NCBI GenBank assembly: GCA_963826535.1
Contig: CAWGXL010000011.1
Coordinates: forward strand, 728,581-792,580
Direction of reading: 5' to 3'
DNA: 64,000 nt
From: an uncultured bacterium
Lineage (GTDB): Bacteria; Patescibacteriota; Microgenomatia; Levybacterales; UBA12049
A model generated the notes under the pieces. That model searched no databases, was not told the DNA's origin, and saw nothing but the letters and a program-made list of their open reading frames with translations. Shown here piece by piece: positions 1-8,375 of this stretch; position 1 is the stretch's first letter, and each line of letters starts with the position of its first letter. A program made the position numbers and the translations under genes.

Positions 1-17
1 GCTTTTCAAACATTTTC

Positions 18-548
18 TTAGAATGGGAGGGGGTAGTTGAAGATTTTTAACCAGAAGAAAGCGTACACTACAAAGAAGATAATTCCAGCGATGAAATAGA
101 GGACGCGGATAATTGGGGATGGGGATGCATTTGTTTTGACAGCTTGATTAATTGATGCGGGTGAAGGTAATGGCTGTGGTGGTTTGCTAAGTTCTGCGAC
201 CGGCTCTTGAGATACAGGACTTGGTGCGCCGGCAAGAGTTGGTTGAAGGGCTGCAAGATCGGCAGCTTGATTGGGTTGAACCGAGGTAGCCAATGCGGAC
301 GTATCAATTGCGGGTGATGAGCCGGCCGATGCAGTGGGAGAGGGTGGCGGAATGGGATTTACGGCGAACATATCTGCAGAAGGTGGAGAACCTGCTTCGC
401 TTGAGGATGCGGCGGGAGGAGGATTAGTTGTTGCAGAAGGAACTGTTGAAGTTCCCGGATTAGCCAATGCGGTTCCTTGAGTGCCCATGACTCTTTCGTA
501 CGTTTCACGTAATTTCGGATCTAAATTAGATAATGACTTCGGGTCCAT
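18..548 (-). CDS. Pro/Ser/Ala-rich protein with C-terminal transmembrane helix
   Basis: ORF with N-terminal DPKLRETYERVMG motif, low-complexity linker and hydrophobic C-terminus. Confidence 0.75.
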   Translation of the reverse strand: MDPKSLSNLDPKLRETYERVMGTQGTALANPGTSTVPSATTNPPPAASSSEAGSPPSADMFAVNPIPPPSPTASAGSSPAIDTSALATSVQPNQAADLAALQPTLAGAPSPVSQEPVAELSKPPQPLPSPASINQAVKTNASPSPIIRVLYFIAGIIFFVVYAFFWLKIFNYPLPF

Positions 549-662
549 AAATTGGCTTATTTAAATAATCTAGGATTTGCAGCTTTTTGTCAAGAGTCGA
601 ATCGATTGCTGTAGAATTTGTGGTTGCAATTAATTCAGTATTATAAGTATAATAGTTTTGTT

Positions 663-2537
663 ATGGTTGACAGTGGTGTAGATGGTGGACCGAGGCCGGC
701 GCCTGTTGACGTTGAGCAAAAAGAAGGAAAAGAGTTGTTAAATAAGAAACGCGTTGCACTTCAGGCAGCGTTGCTACTTGACGGATTGAAGCCTGTACAA
801 GGTGTGCCCTTGGATCTCTCATCAGTTAAACAACGAATACTGGATGAAAAAAAGCCCCCTGAGGCAACTAAAATTACTAACGGATCCAGACACGAACGGG
901 ATGAATTTTGGAAAAAAGAAATGGCAAAAGAAAAAGATAGTGAGAATAAAAAATTAGATACATTTGAAAAAAGAAGAGATAGATGGATAGAAGGTACAAA
1001 TAAATTTTTGGCTAAGTATAAAAAGGATAAGCCGGAGGATGCGGAGAAGCCTGAAGCGCTAATCTTACAAAGATTAGGGATCTCGGTTGACAAAGCGGCA
1101 GATGTGTATGAAGAGTATTTTGTTAAAAATAAGGGTGATATCGGTTATTTTGCTATGAAAGTGGCAACAGAGCTTACAGGAGACGAAATCAAAGACAATA
1201 CGGATTTGCTTACAAAAATTGGTAATTTCTATGGAAAAGACTCCTCCGAGGTCGCAACTCTTCTAAGTGAAGGAATTAAAAATGTGAAGGATAACTTCCC
1301 GGAGTTTGAAAATGAAGCAAGACTACATTTCAATGAGCAAATGGATGGACTTGATATTATTAACGGAATACATGTTCGAAGTAATGTATGGGAGAAAAAA
1401 GAAGTAGCAAGGAAGGCTTTGGAAGCAAAATTAAAAGCTGAAGCAGTAGCTGCTGCTGAAAAAAGAAGACAAGAGGAAGAGGCGGAAAGAAAAAAAAGTG
1501 AAAGTCCGGAAGCCGGAATGTATGGAGAACTAAAGAAGAAAGGTGAAGAGGCAAAAAGGTTGATATATGTAGGCGCTCAAAATAAGGACGAGGCGTATAT
1601 TAACCGATTAAAACAAGAGGTAGGTACAATACTGGAACATGGGGGAAAGTTTGATGTTGATAAATTAGAAAAGGAAATTCAAGATGCGAATATAAAACCG
1701 GTAGATCTTGATTTTAAAGGGAAGGAAAATCGTATATATAGCGGAAAAGATTTGATTACCGTTGATTTTAGGGGAGCTCCTGAAGCGTTCAAAAAAGCAT
1801 TGGAGAAGAGTAATTTTTTTGAAGAAATGGAGAGCGGCAAAAAATCAATTCGTATAATTCAATGGAGGGAGGAGAAGACTGGTTTGCTGGCTGCTGTGAA
1901 TCCTGAAGAAATTGAAATTATGAGATTACTTTTGGAGTTAAAGCGCAGATATCCGAAGAATGTTGTTTTAGAATTGGAAACTATTAAGTTAGAAAACGAT
2001 AAACCCGCAGGAGAAAGTTCCAGTGATACTACGCAAATGCCAGGCACAACCGATACTACTACAGAAGAGGTAAGACCTCCTATGGATATTGTGCCGAAAG
2101 AAGAAATTGTTGAGTTCAAAAATGGACATTTAGCTTTGCGTTTTAGAGGTGCTCCGGATACTCAACTAGATTTTACTAAATGGAAACACAAATATAATCC
2201 ATTTGATTCCTCTCTAGCAAACAGTGCCATAGTTTCTACAAAATCAGGAAAAGAATACTATATAGCTCCTGACGCGAATGGTATTTATATTGTCGATATT
2301 GCTGAGACATTGAGCAAAGGTCAGCTGGTAGCTGCTTATAATGTAGAACCTCCGCCAATAGAGTGGGGTAAGCCTTGGGATATTCCTGAATTAGGCAAAA
2401 CAGATGACGTAAAGGAGTTACTAGTGAAATATTTAGTTGTCAGTCCCGGTGCAGGGATAGGTCGTGAATTAAATATTGACGATCCGTTCGTGAATTATAA
2501 GACGCTTTTAGCTAATTACATACCTTCTGATAAATAA
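663..2537 (+). CDS. Hypothetical charged/coiled-coil protein
   Basis: Long ORF; ATG at 663 follows a TATAAT; no family recognised. Confidence 0.7.
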   Translation: MVDSGVDGGPRPAPVDVEQKEGKELLNKKRVALQAALLLDGLKPVQGVPLDLSSVKQRILDEKKPPEATKITNGSRHERDEFWKKEMAKEKDSENKKLDTFEKRRDRWIEGTNKFLAKYKKDKPEDAEKPEALILQRLGISVDKAADVYEEYFVKNKGDIGYFAMKVATELTGDEIKDNTDLLTKIGNFYGKDSSEVATLLSEGIKNVKDNFPEFENEARLHFNEQMDGLDIINGIHVRSNVWEKKEVARKALEAKLKAEAVAAAEKRRQEEEAERKKSESPEAGMYGELKKKGEEAKRLIYVGAQNKDEAYINRLKQEVGTILEHGGKFDVDKLEKEIQDANIKPVDLDFKGKENRIYSGKDLITVDFRGAPEAFKKALEKSNFFEEMESGKKSIRIIQWREEKTGLLAAVNPEEIEIMRLLLELKRRYPKNVVLELETIKLENDKPAGESSSDTTQMPGTTDTTTEEVRPPMDIVPKEEIVEFKNGHLALRFRGAPDTQLDFTKWKHKYNPFDSSLANSAIVSTKSGKEYYIAPDANGIYIVDIAETLSKGQLVAAYNVEPPPIEWGKPWDIPELGKTDDVKELLVKYLVVSPGAGIGRELNIDDPFVNYKTLLANYIPSDK

Positions 2538-2591
2538 CGCACTTCACTCTTTTGACTTTTGAGATTGCGAAAAGGTATACTTTAACCTATT

Positions 2592-3563
2592 ATGAAATTC
2601 ATTGTAACCCACGCTTCGCCTGATTGGGATGCGATCGGGTCAGTGTGGTTGATTAAAAAATATTTGGCAGGGTGGCAGGATGCTAATGTGCAGTTTGTGC
2701 CGGCTGGGGAAAGGTTGCCAAGTTCAAAGTTCCCCACAAGGGGACTACCTTCTTCGAAGGGTCGCAAAGGTCAAAGTTCCCCACAAGGGGACTACCTTCT
2801 TAGAAGGGTCGCAAAGTTAGAAGATGTGATTGAAAAAATTAAGGAGGATGAGGTGATACATGTGGATACGGGGTTGGGGCCGCTGGATCATCATCAGACT
2901 TCGGATAGAAATGTTTGCGGGATGTCACGTACATGGGACTATGTAAGAGAGAAGCTTGAGAAAGAGGGTCATCAACTAACTAAAGAACATTTGGAGGCAG
3001 TAACGAGAATTGTGAGAGTTGTAGTTGATATTGATCATTTCGGGGAAGTATTTTGGGGTGATCCTACAGCGGATTATCATGATTTTTCGCTTTTAGGTCT
3101 TTTGGAAGGCTTGAAGTATATAAAACAGGATCAGGATATTTATTATGTTGAATTTGGAACTACTTGTCTTAATGCAATAGTTGCGGAATTTGAGAATAGA
3201 ATTTGGGCTGAGGCGGAAATAGAGAAAGGCCATAAGTTTGTCACAAGATTCGGATCGGGAATTGGTTTTGAGACAATAAATGATACGGTTTTGAAATTGG
3301 CGCAAAAAATGGGGTATGTAATCGTGGTTAGGAAAGATCCGAGAAAAGGATATGTACGGATTAAGACACTACCTGAGAAAGGGGCGAAAAAAGGTGTTGA
3401 TTTGACTCTCGCTTACGAGCAGTTGAAGAAGATTGATCCGGACGCGACATGGTTTCTGCATGTATCTAAGAAAATGCTGCTAAATGGTACACCAAAAAAT
3501 CCGAAAATGAGGCCGACAAAATTGGGATTGGGTGATATAATAAAAGTACTGGAAAGAATATAA
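2592..3563 (+). CDS. DHH/MYG1-like phosphoesterase carrying a repeat insertion
   Basis: TH..PDWDA N-terminal motif, VDTG and LDHH motifs. Confidence 0.65.
   Translation: MKFIVTHASPDWDAIGSVWLIKKYLAGWQDANVQFVPAGERLPSSKFPTRGLPSSKGRKGQSSPQGDYLLRRVAKLEDVIEKIKEDEVIHVDTGLGPLDHHQTSDRNVCGMSRTWDYVREKLEKEGHQLTKEHLEAVTRIVRVVVDIDHFGEVFWGDPTADYHDFSLLGLLEGLKYIKQDQDIYYVEFGTTCLNAIVAEFENRIWAEAEIEKGHKFVTRFGSGIGFETINDTVLKLAQKMGYVIVVRKDPRKGYVRIKTLPEKGAKKGVDLTLAYEQLKKIDPDATWFLHVSKKMLLNGTPKNPKMRPTKLGLGDIIKVLERI
2724..2817 (+). repeat. Two tandem 47-nt units (CAAAGTT heptamers plus a 33-nt hairpin module) inside the CDS
   Basis: tcaaagttccccacaaggggactaccttctt(c/a)gaagggtcgcaaag occurs twice; related module intergenic at ~12819-12852. 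Confidence 0.9.
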
Positions 3564-3720
3564 ATTACAAATCCAAAATTACAAATTCCAAAATACTCCG
3601 CCAAAGGCGGGTCAGGCTCTGGCTGAAAATATTTAAATTCAAATATCAAAACATTTTTTGGATTTAGTAATTTGAATTTTGATATTATTTGTGATTTGGT
3701 GCTTTGGATTTTGAAATTTT
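3562..3720. repeat. AT-rich heptamer-built hairpin element (MITE-like) with GC-rich insert at 3597-3626
   Basis: Near-identical to 8201-8361; related to 21316-21445 and 26013-26143. Confidence 0.85.
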
Positions 3721-3724
3721 TATT

Positions 3725-4051
3725 ATGGAGTGTGTTTTTTGCAAGATTATTGGTAAAGAAATTCCGGCGAAGCTTTTGTATGAGGATGAGGATGTGATTG
3801 TTTTTCCGGATAATAATCCGGTGAAGCCGGTGCATCTTTTGATTGTACCTAAAAAGCATGTTGAAGATTTTATCATGGTGGATGATCCTGCTCTTTTTTC
3901 AAAACTTTTATTAGTAGTACAGAAAATGGTCGCCCGGGAAGGTTTGAAGGACCGGGGATTTCGAGTTGTTTTAAATGGCGGAGGGGCGCAACTTGTTCTG
4001 CATCTGCATATTCATCTCATGGGGCCAATGGGTAAAACGGCATCATTATAG
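3725..4051 (+). CDS. HIT family nucleotide hydrolase (HinT-like)
   Basis: CVFCKII N-terminus and HLHIH triad. Confidence 0.92.
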   Translation: MECVFCKIIGKEIPAKLLYEDEDVIVFPDNNPVKPVHLLIVPKKHVEDFIMVDDPALFSKLLLVVQKMVAREGLKDRGFRVVLNGGGAQLVLHLHIHLMGPMGKTASL

Positions 4052-4069
4052 AAAAGGTTTCAAAGAATT

Positions 4070-6100
4070 TTATCTTCTGCGTCTAAAAAGGCGCTTAAAG
4101 AGTCCAAATTTTGTAGTATCTTTTGGGAGAGCGAAATAAAATTCATCCCAGGGATTACAAGTGCGGTCCGGATCAGCATTATGGGCGTCCAAATATGTCC
4201 CACCCTCATGACGTGTTAAGCGAAAAACGCTGGCAGCGATCTGTTTCATTGCTATTGAATACCATTCACCTAAAGGTTGGTCAATGTCTTTAAGCCTCTT
4301 GTGAAGTGCTACTTCCGGAGGGCAAAGCTCCAGTCCTATGTCTATTGCTCTTTGATAAAGTTGGCCGTATGTTGGTTTTCCTGTAAAATCAAGATCCTGA
4401 GTTTGTAGTCTTAGTATTTGCAATTGCTGAGGTTTTGGTGATGTAATTAAATCAGGACTATGTAGTATTTTTAGGCCATCTTTAGTGAGTTGTATACCTG
4501 CATGCTCAAATTCGTTTTCAAATTGTCTGACTGATTTACCACCGATCTCAAGAGGTTCTATTTGTTTTTTTCTTTCGGGAAATGAGGTGTAGATATATTC
4601 TAAATGTCTTAATTTCTGTGAAACCGGAATAATTTTGTCTCTATTGTCATAATTAACCAATTTGCCTACATAGGCTACAGTCTTATCATTGATTTCATCC
4701 GGATTGCGCGCAATTTGTTCTCTCCCGCATCCAAAGACAATCGGTATATCCTCATCGGGGTTTCTTGTTTTACGTAATTCCGCAATGCGCGGGTCGCTTT
4801 CGTCATTAAAACCAAACCCTTCAATAGGAGCATTGATTTCATAGAGAAAAGTAAGGTCGTCTTTGTTAAGTGACTGCGCGGGTTCTTCCTGCTCTTTTTT
4901 TGTTCTTCGCCTTGAAGGGTTTATTTTGTGATCAATAGCGGTAAGACGAAACATATTCTCTGATTTCTTTTTGAACCTTTTCCCATCAGGATGCTCATTT
5001 AGCTTCGCTTCCGCTACTTTGCCTATGTATGGATCGAGATTCTCGCCCTCAGCCACGCCGCGCATTTCATCAATTTTATTATCAGGATTTACGACCATAC
5101 ACAAGCGGGGAATAGTCGGTTCGCCAGACTTGTCCAAGGAGTAATAGATATGTAGATCGTTGGCAAAAAATCCTTCTCCGCCCTTAAGATATAGTTCGGC
5201 CATAGAAACTCCCCGCAGACACCAACCTGTGCCGTATTCGGAAATAGAATCAACAAGGGGTTGCGGATCAGATCCCCTTGGGAAAGGTCTCCATTTCCCC
5301 TCGGTAATTTTAAGTAATTCTTCCGGAATTGGTTTAAATTCTTCCAGGGCTAAAGCGTAAAGTTTGGCAAAATTCTTTTTTTCCAGAGAGTCCCGATATC
5401 TCAGTTTGGATTGCGAGTTGATTTCGTGTTTCTTGGTGAATTGAAGCTCGCGGCTTTGATCTTCGATCTTAGGAACTGTAGTGTATTGTGTTTCAATATC
5501 CTCGAGCAATATAGTCAATGCTTCGTGGTTAAGATCAGGAAAAGGAGCAATAGTTCCGCCGGTTCTTTCTGTAAAAGATTTTTTTTCTTTGTCAAACCTG
5601 CCCATATGCAGGATGCTTCGAAAAACGAAATACTTAATCCAGTCAGGGTATTTCTTTGCTTCGTTGGAAGTGAGAAAATTGACCCATTTGTCCAGGGATT
5701 TTTGTTGATCTTTGATGATAGTTTCCGTAAGTGTATTTCTAATGCTCTCCGGTAATTCAATATTTCCGCGTCCTTCATCTCGATGCCTGCGTTTTATAGA
5801 TTCAAAATGTGCATCAGGTACGTCTTGTTCCTTTATAACAACTTCCGAGTGGAGTTCTCTTTTCAACATCCTAAGATTTCTTTGCTTTCTGTCAAAATTA
5901 GGATGACCGTCAAGTACAGGAGGGTTTAGAATGTTATCCAGCCTGTCAAGATAATTTTGGATGCGGGAAGAATAATCATTTTGAGGAATTATTTCGCCTG
6001 TCAGTTGTTCCCGGCGTTTTGTTGCAGCTTCCACACCAGGGTCTCTATTGAGTTGAAATTTCGTTTGGAGAAAATCTGCTCCGGTATTTGCTTCACTCAT
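4070..6100 (-). CDS. CPR hypothetical protein with C-terminal CLec/DGR-target-like tail
   Basis: TGWC and RGVA..NLDP core; GLELCPPEV...IAMKQI...EFYF tail. Confidence 0.7.
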   Translation of the reverse strand: MSEANTGADFLQTKFQLNRDPGVEAATKRREQLTGEIIPQNDYSSRIQNYLDRLDNILNPPVLDGHPNFDRKQRNLRMLKRELHSEVVIKEQDVPDAHFESIKRRHRDEGRGNIELPESIRNTLTETIIKDQQKSLDKWVNFLTSNEAKKYPDWIKYFVFRSILHMGRFDKEKKSFTERTGGTIAPFPDLNHEALTILLEDIETQYTTVPKIEDQSRELQFTKKHEINSQSKLRYRDSLEKKNFAKLYALALEEFKPIPEELLKITEGKWRPFPRGSDPQPLVDSISEYGTGWCLRGVSMAELYLKGGEGFFANDLHIYYSLDKSGEPTIPRLCMVVNPDNKIDEMRGVAEGENLDPYIGKVAEAKLNEHPDGKRFKKKSENMFRLTAIDHKINPSRRRTKKEQEEPAQSLNKDDLTFLYEINAPIEGFGFNDESDPRIAELRKTRNPDEDIPIVFGCGREQIARNPDEINDKTVAYVGKLVNYDNRDKIIPVSQKLRHLEYIYTSFPERKKQIEPLEIGGKSVRQFENEFEHAGIQLTKDGLKILHSPDLITSPKPQQLQILRLQTQDLDFTGKPTYGQLYQRAIDIGLELCPPEVALHKRLKDIDQPLGEWYSIAMKQIAASVFRLTRHEGGTYLDAHNADPDRTCNPWDEFYFALPKDTTKFGLFKRLFRRRR

Positions 6101-6200
6101 TGTTCTTTATAATTATAACTTAGTCAAGTTAGGGGGTAAATACTTGCATATGGTAATTATTATTAGTTGTGGTTTTTAGCTATAAATCCCGGATTAGGGT

Positions 6201-6238
6201 TTGACACTCAATTTATAGTTGTGATATAAAGCAAATCA
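6201..6238 (+). promoter_or_regulatory. Sigma70-type promoter TTGACA-N18-TATAAA with extended -10 TG; shared with 54756-54795
   Basis: Exact 19-nt match tatagttgtgatataaagc at 6214-6232 and 54769-54787. Confidence 0.75.
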
Positions 6239-7240
6239 ATGGCGGCGAGATTTGAAGAAATTTGTAAGTATCAACAGCAAGCAGCAGAAGGGGATAATGA
6301 TCTTGCAAGGGTTGCTTCACTTAAGAGTCTTGGATTACATATCGATTACCTCAGAGAAAGAGGACATCTTACGGAGGAAGTGCCTGCGGATTTAGTTCAG
6401 GAAAGGGTTACCGTTTTTACCTCCGAATTAATATCGCCTCATAAATTCAAACCTGTAGAGATTGAACTTCTTAATACTTCACAACTTGTTGAAAGAGCGC
6501 ATGAAGAAGCTAAAGCTTATTTAGATTTTGATATTCCTATCCCTAAGCCCTCTGAATTATTTATAGAAACTATGAAAAAAGCTGAAGGTGAAGGAATAGG
6601 AATTTTTCATCCGTTTCATTTCTTTTCGATAACTCTTTCGCAAGACGCAAATTACCCAGGTTTTGTGAGACGACCCAGTGATTGGCTATATGCTCAGATT
6701 GAAGCCGGTAAGATTTCAAAATACGCTCTGGAAATTAATGATTTTTGGGGACTTTTTGATACAAGCAGAAGACCTGATTATGATAATGGTAAGCAACTAT
6801 TTATGGATGATCCACTTGACGCAATTATTAAAGAAGGAAGAAAAAGTGGGCAGATCAAGGTTCCACCTCACCTAAGGCATGTGCCAATAGATTCACGTTT
6901 TGGTGTTTCTATAAAAGAGCAGGATAGGGTAGTTTTTCCAGAGTTGGGTAGAAAATTGAAGCTCACTGAGCATATGGCATCCGGCATTGCTGTAATACAA
7001 AGGCCAACATTAGCAGAGATTATCCATGCGGGCAATATCCGTTACCCACATTTGGGAGGACCAGACACATGGGAAAGTTTTGAAGATAAAATAGGGGATG
7101 GCAGACGGTTAGTTGGTGGGTACCGAGGTCTGGCGAATATTGTTTCACGGCATTATGATGATCACGATGACCGAGTTGCTTTCCGTCCACTGGTTATCCC
7201 CTCTATGAGCATGCAAGCTAGGCCTTTTTTCCCTAAGTAA
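6239..7240 (+). CDS. Hypothetical protein with CLec/FGE-like DGR-target-type C-terminus
   Basis: TWE...RLVGG...GLANI...DDRVAFRPLV tail. Confidence 0.7.
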   Translation: MAARFEEICKYQQQAAEGDNDLARVASLKSLGLHIDYLRERGHLTEEVPADLVQERVTVFTSELISPHKFKPVEIELLNTSQLVERAHEEAKAYLDFDIPIPKPSELFIETMKKAEGEGIGIFHPFHFFSITLSQDANYPGFVRRPSDWLYAQIEAGKISKYALEINDFWGLFDTSRRPDYDNGKQLFMDDPLDAIIKEGRKSGQIKVPPHLRHVPIDSRFGVSIKEQDRVVFPELGRKLKLTEHMASGIAVIQRPTLAEIIHAGNIRYPHLGGPDTWESFEDKIGDGRRLVGGYRGLANIVSRHYDDHDDRVAFRPLVIPSMSMQARPFFPK

Positions 7241-7311
7241 TACCACTTAGTATTTATTTCTATAGGTTGTGGGTTTACAGAAATTTGATTTTGGAGTACA
7301 ATTAGAAAAGT

Positions 7312-7490
7312 GAATTGTCCTCCTGAACTTACCATTCGGCTTTTCACTTCGGTTTAACCGGAGTTTAGAACTATTCCCGCCAAAAGCGGGCAGGTATTCA
7401 CGCCTCATGGAATATTTTTTAGGAGGATTCTGAAACTTTACAACTCACTCGCTGAGCGGGTTCTATAAGAGTTTCAAGAAAAGGAGGTGT
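7312..7490 (+). ncRNA. Candidate structured 5' leader of rpsU
   Basis: Promoter TTTACA-17-TACAAT at 7274-7302; helix gtcctcctgaa/tttaggaggat encloses nested hairpins; second hairpin 7431-7476. Confidence 0.5.
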
Positions 7491-7495
7491 TTTTT

Positions 7496-7687
7496 ATGGT
7501 ACATGTTATGAAAATGCGGGGGCAATCCGATGATCAGCTTATCCGTAATTTTTCTAAAAAAGTCATGGATGCCGGAATAATTCAGGAAGCTAAACGGCGG
7601 AAGTTTTATCTTAAACCCTCGCTAGCAAAAAAGTTGAAGAAGAAATTGAAGCAGGAAGAAGCTGCTCGTTTGAAGATGTATAGTTAA
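7496..7687 (+). CDS. rpsU: 30S ribosomal protein bS21
   Basis: LIRNFSKKV...IIQEAKRRKFYLKPS motif; strong SD AAGGAGGTG. Confidence 0.9.
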   Translation: MVHVMKMRGQSDDQLIRNFSKKVMDAGIIQEAKRRKFYLKPSLAKKLKKKLKQEEAARLKMYS

Positions 7688-7746
7688 AAGTTGTGTTAGA
7701 TAGTGGCAGGGTTTGCTTCGCCATTCGCTACGCTCATGGTCTCGCA

Positions 7747-8199
7747 ATGACAACAAATGTTGAAGTTCTTATTTTTGTAGAAAGCAGGTATAGGGTTGAC
7801 CGAAAGCGGATTAAATCTACCGTGTTTTCCGTACTAGAAGAACAAAAAATTTATAGCCCCCTGGAGGTTTCCGTCGCTATTGTCGGCGACCGGAAAATGA
7901 AAGCGCTTAATAAAAAATACCGACAAAAGGAGACAACTACCAATGTTTTATCTTTCTCACTTGCAGAAGGACAAAATACTTATCTGCCTCGTCGGCAGAC
8001 AGGTCTGCCAGCCGGGAAGACAGGCCTGCCGACCGGGCAGGGAGGCGTTCCGAATGATATATTGCGTTTGGGGGATGTGGTTGTTTCATACCCTCAGGTT
8101 ATTCGTGAGGCTTCTGCCAGTGAAGTATTAGTTGATGATAGAATAGAGGAGTTGATCAGACATGGGATGCTGCATTTATTAGGAATGCACCATGAATAA
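7747..8199 (+). CDS. ybeY: rRNA maturation endoribonuclease YbeY
   Basis: LNKKYR..TNVLSF, LGDVV and HGMLHLLGMHH motifs. Confidence 0.93.
   Translation: MTTNVEVLIFVESRYRVDRKRIKSTVFSVLEEQKIYSPLEVSVAIVGDRKMKALNKKYRQKETTTNVLSFSLAEGQNTYLPRRQTGLPAGKTGLPTGQGGVPNDILRLGDVVVSYPQVIREASASEVLVDDRIEELIRHGMLHLLGMHHE
7983..8043 (+). repeat. Three tandem degenerate CCTGCCTGCCGGCAGGCAGG palindromes in-frame in ybeY
   Basis: Encodes LPRRQTG-LPAGKTG-LPTGQGG; perfect copy at 9815-9834. Confidence 0.85.
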
Positions 8200-8200
8200 A

Positions 8201-8361
8201 AAATCCAAAATTCAAAATTACAAATTCCAAATAAATACTCCGCCAAAGGCGGATCAGCATCTGGCTGAAAATATTTAAATTCAAATATCAAAAACAAGTT
8301 CTGGATTTAATTATTTGAATTTTGATATTATTTGTGATTTGGTGCTTTGGATTTTGAATTT
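8201..8361. repeat. AT-rich heptamer hairpin element with GC-rich insert at 8239-8268
   Basis: Near-identical to 3562-3720. Confidence 0.85.
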
Positions 8362-8375
8362 AAAGTGGAGCGCTT

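Noticed and set aside
3413-3859. Antisense ORFs containing DPPLAE (also 8094-8297)
   Set aside because: They are translations of the repeat element and overlap real genes on the other strand.
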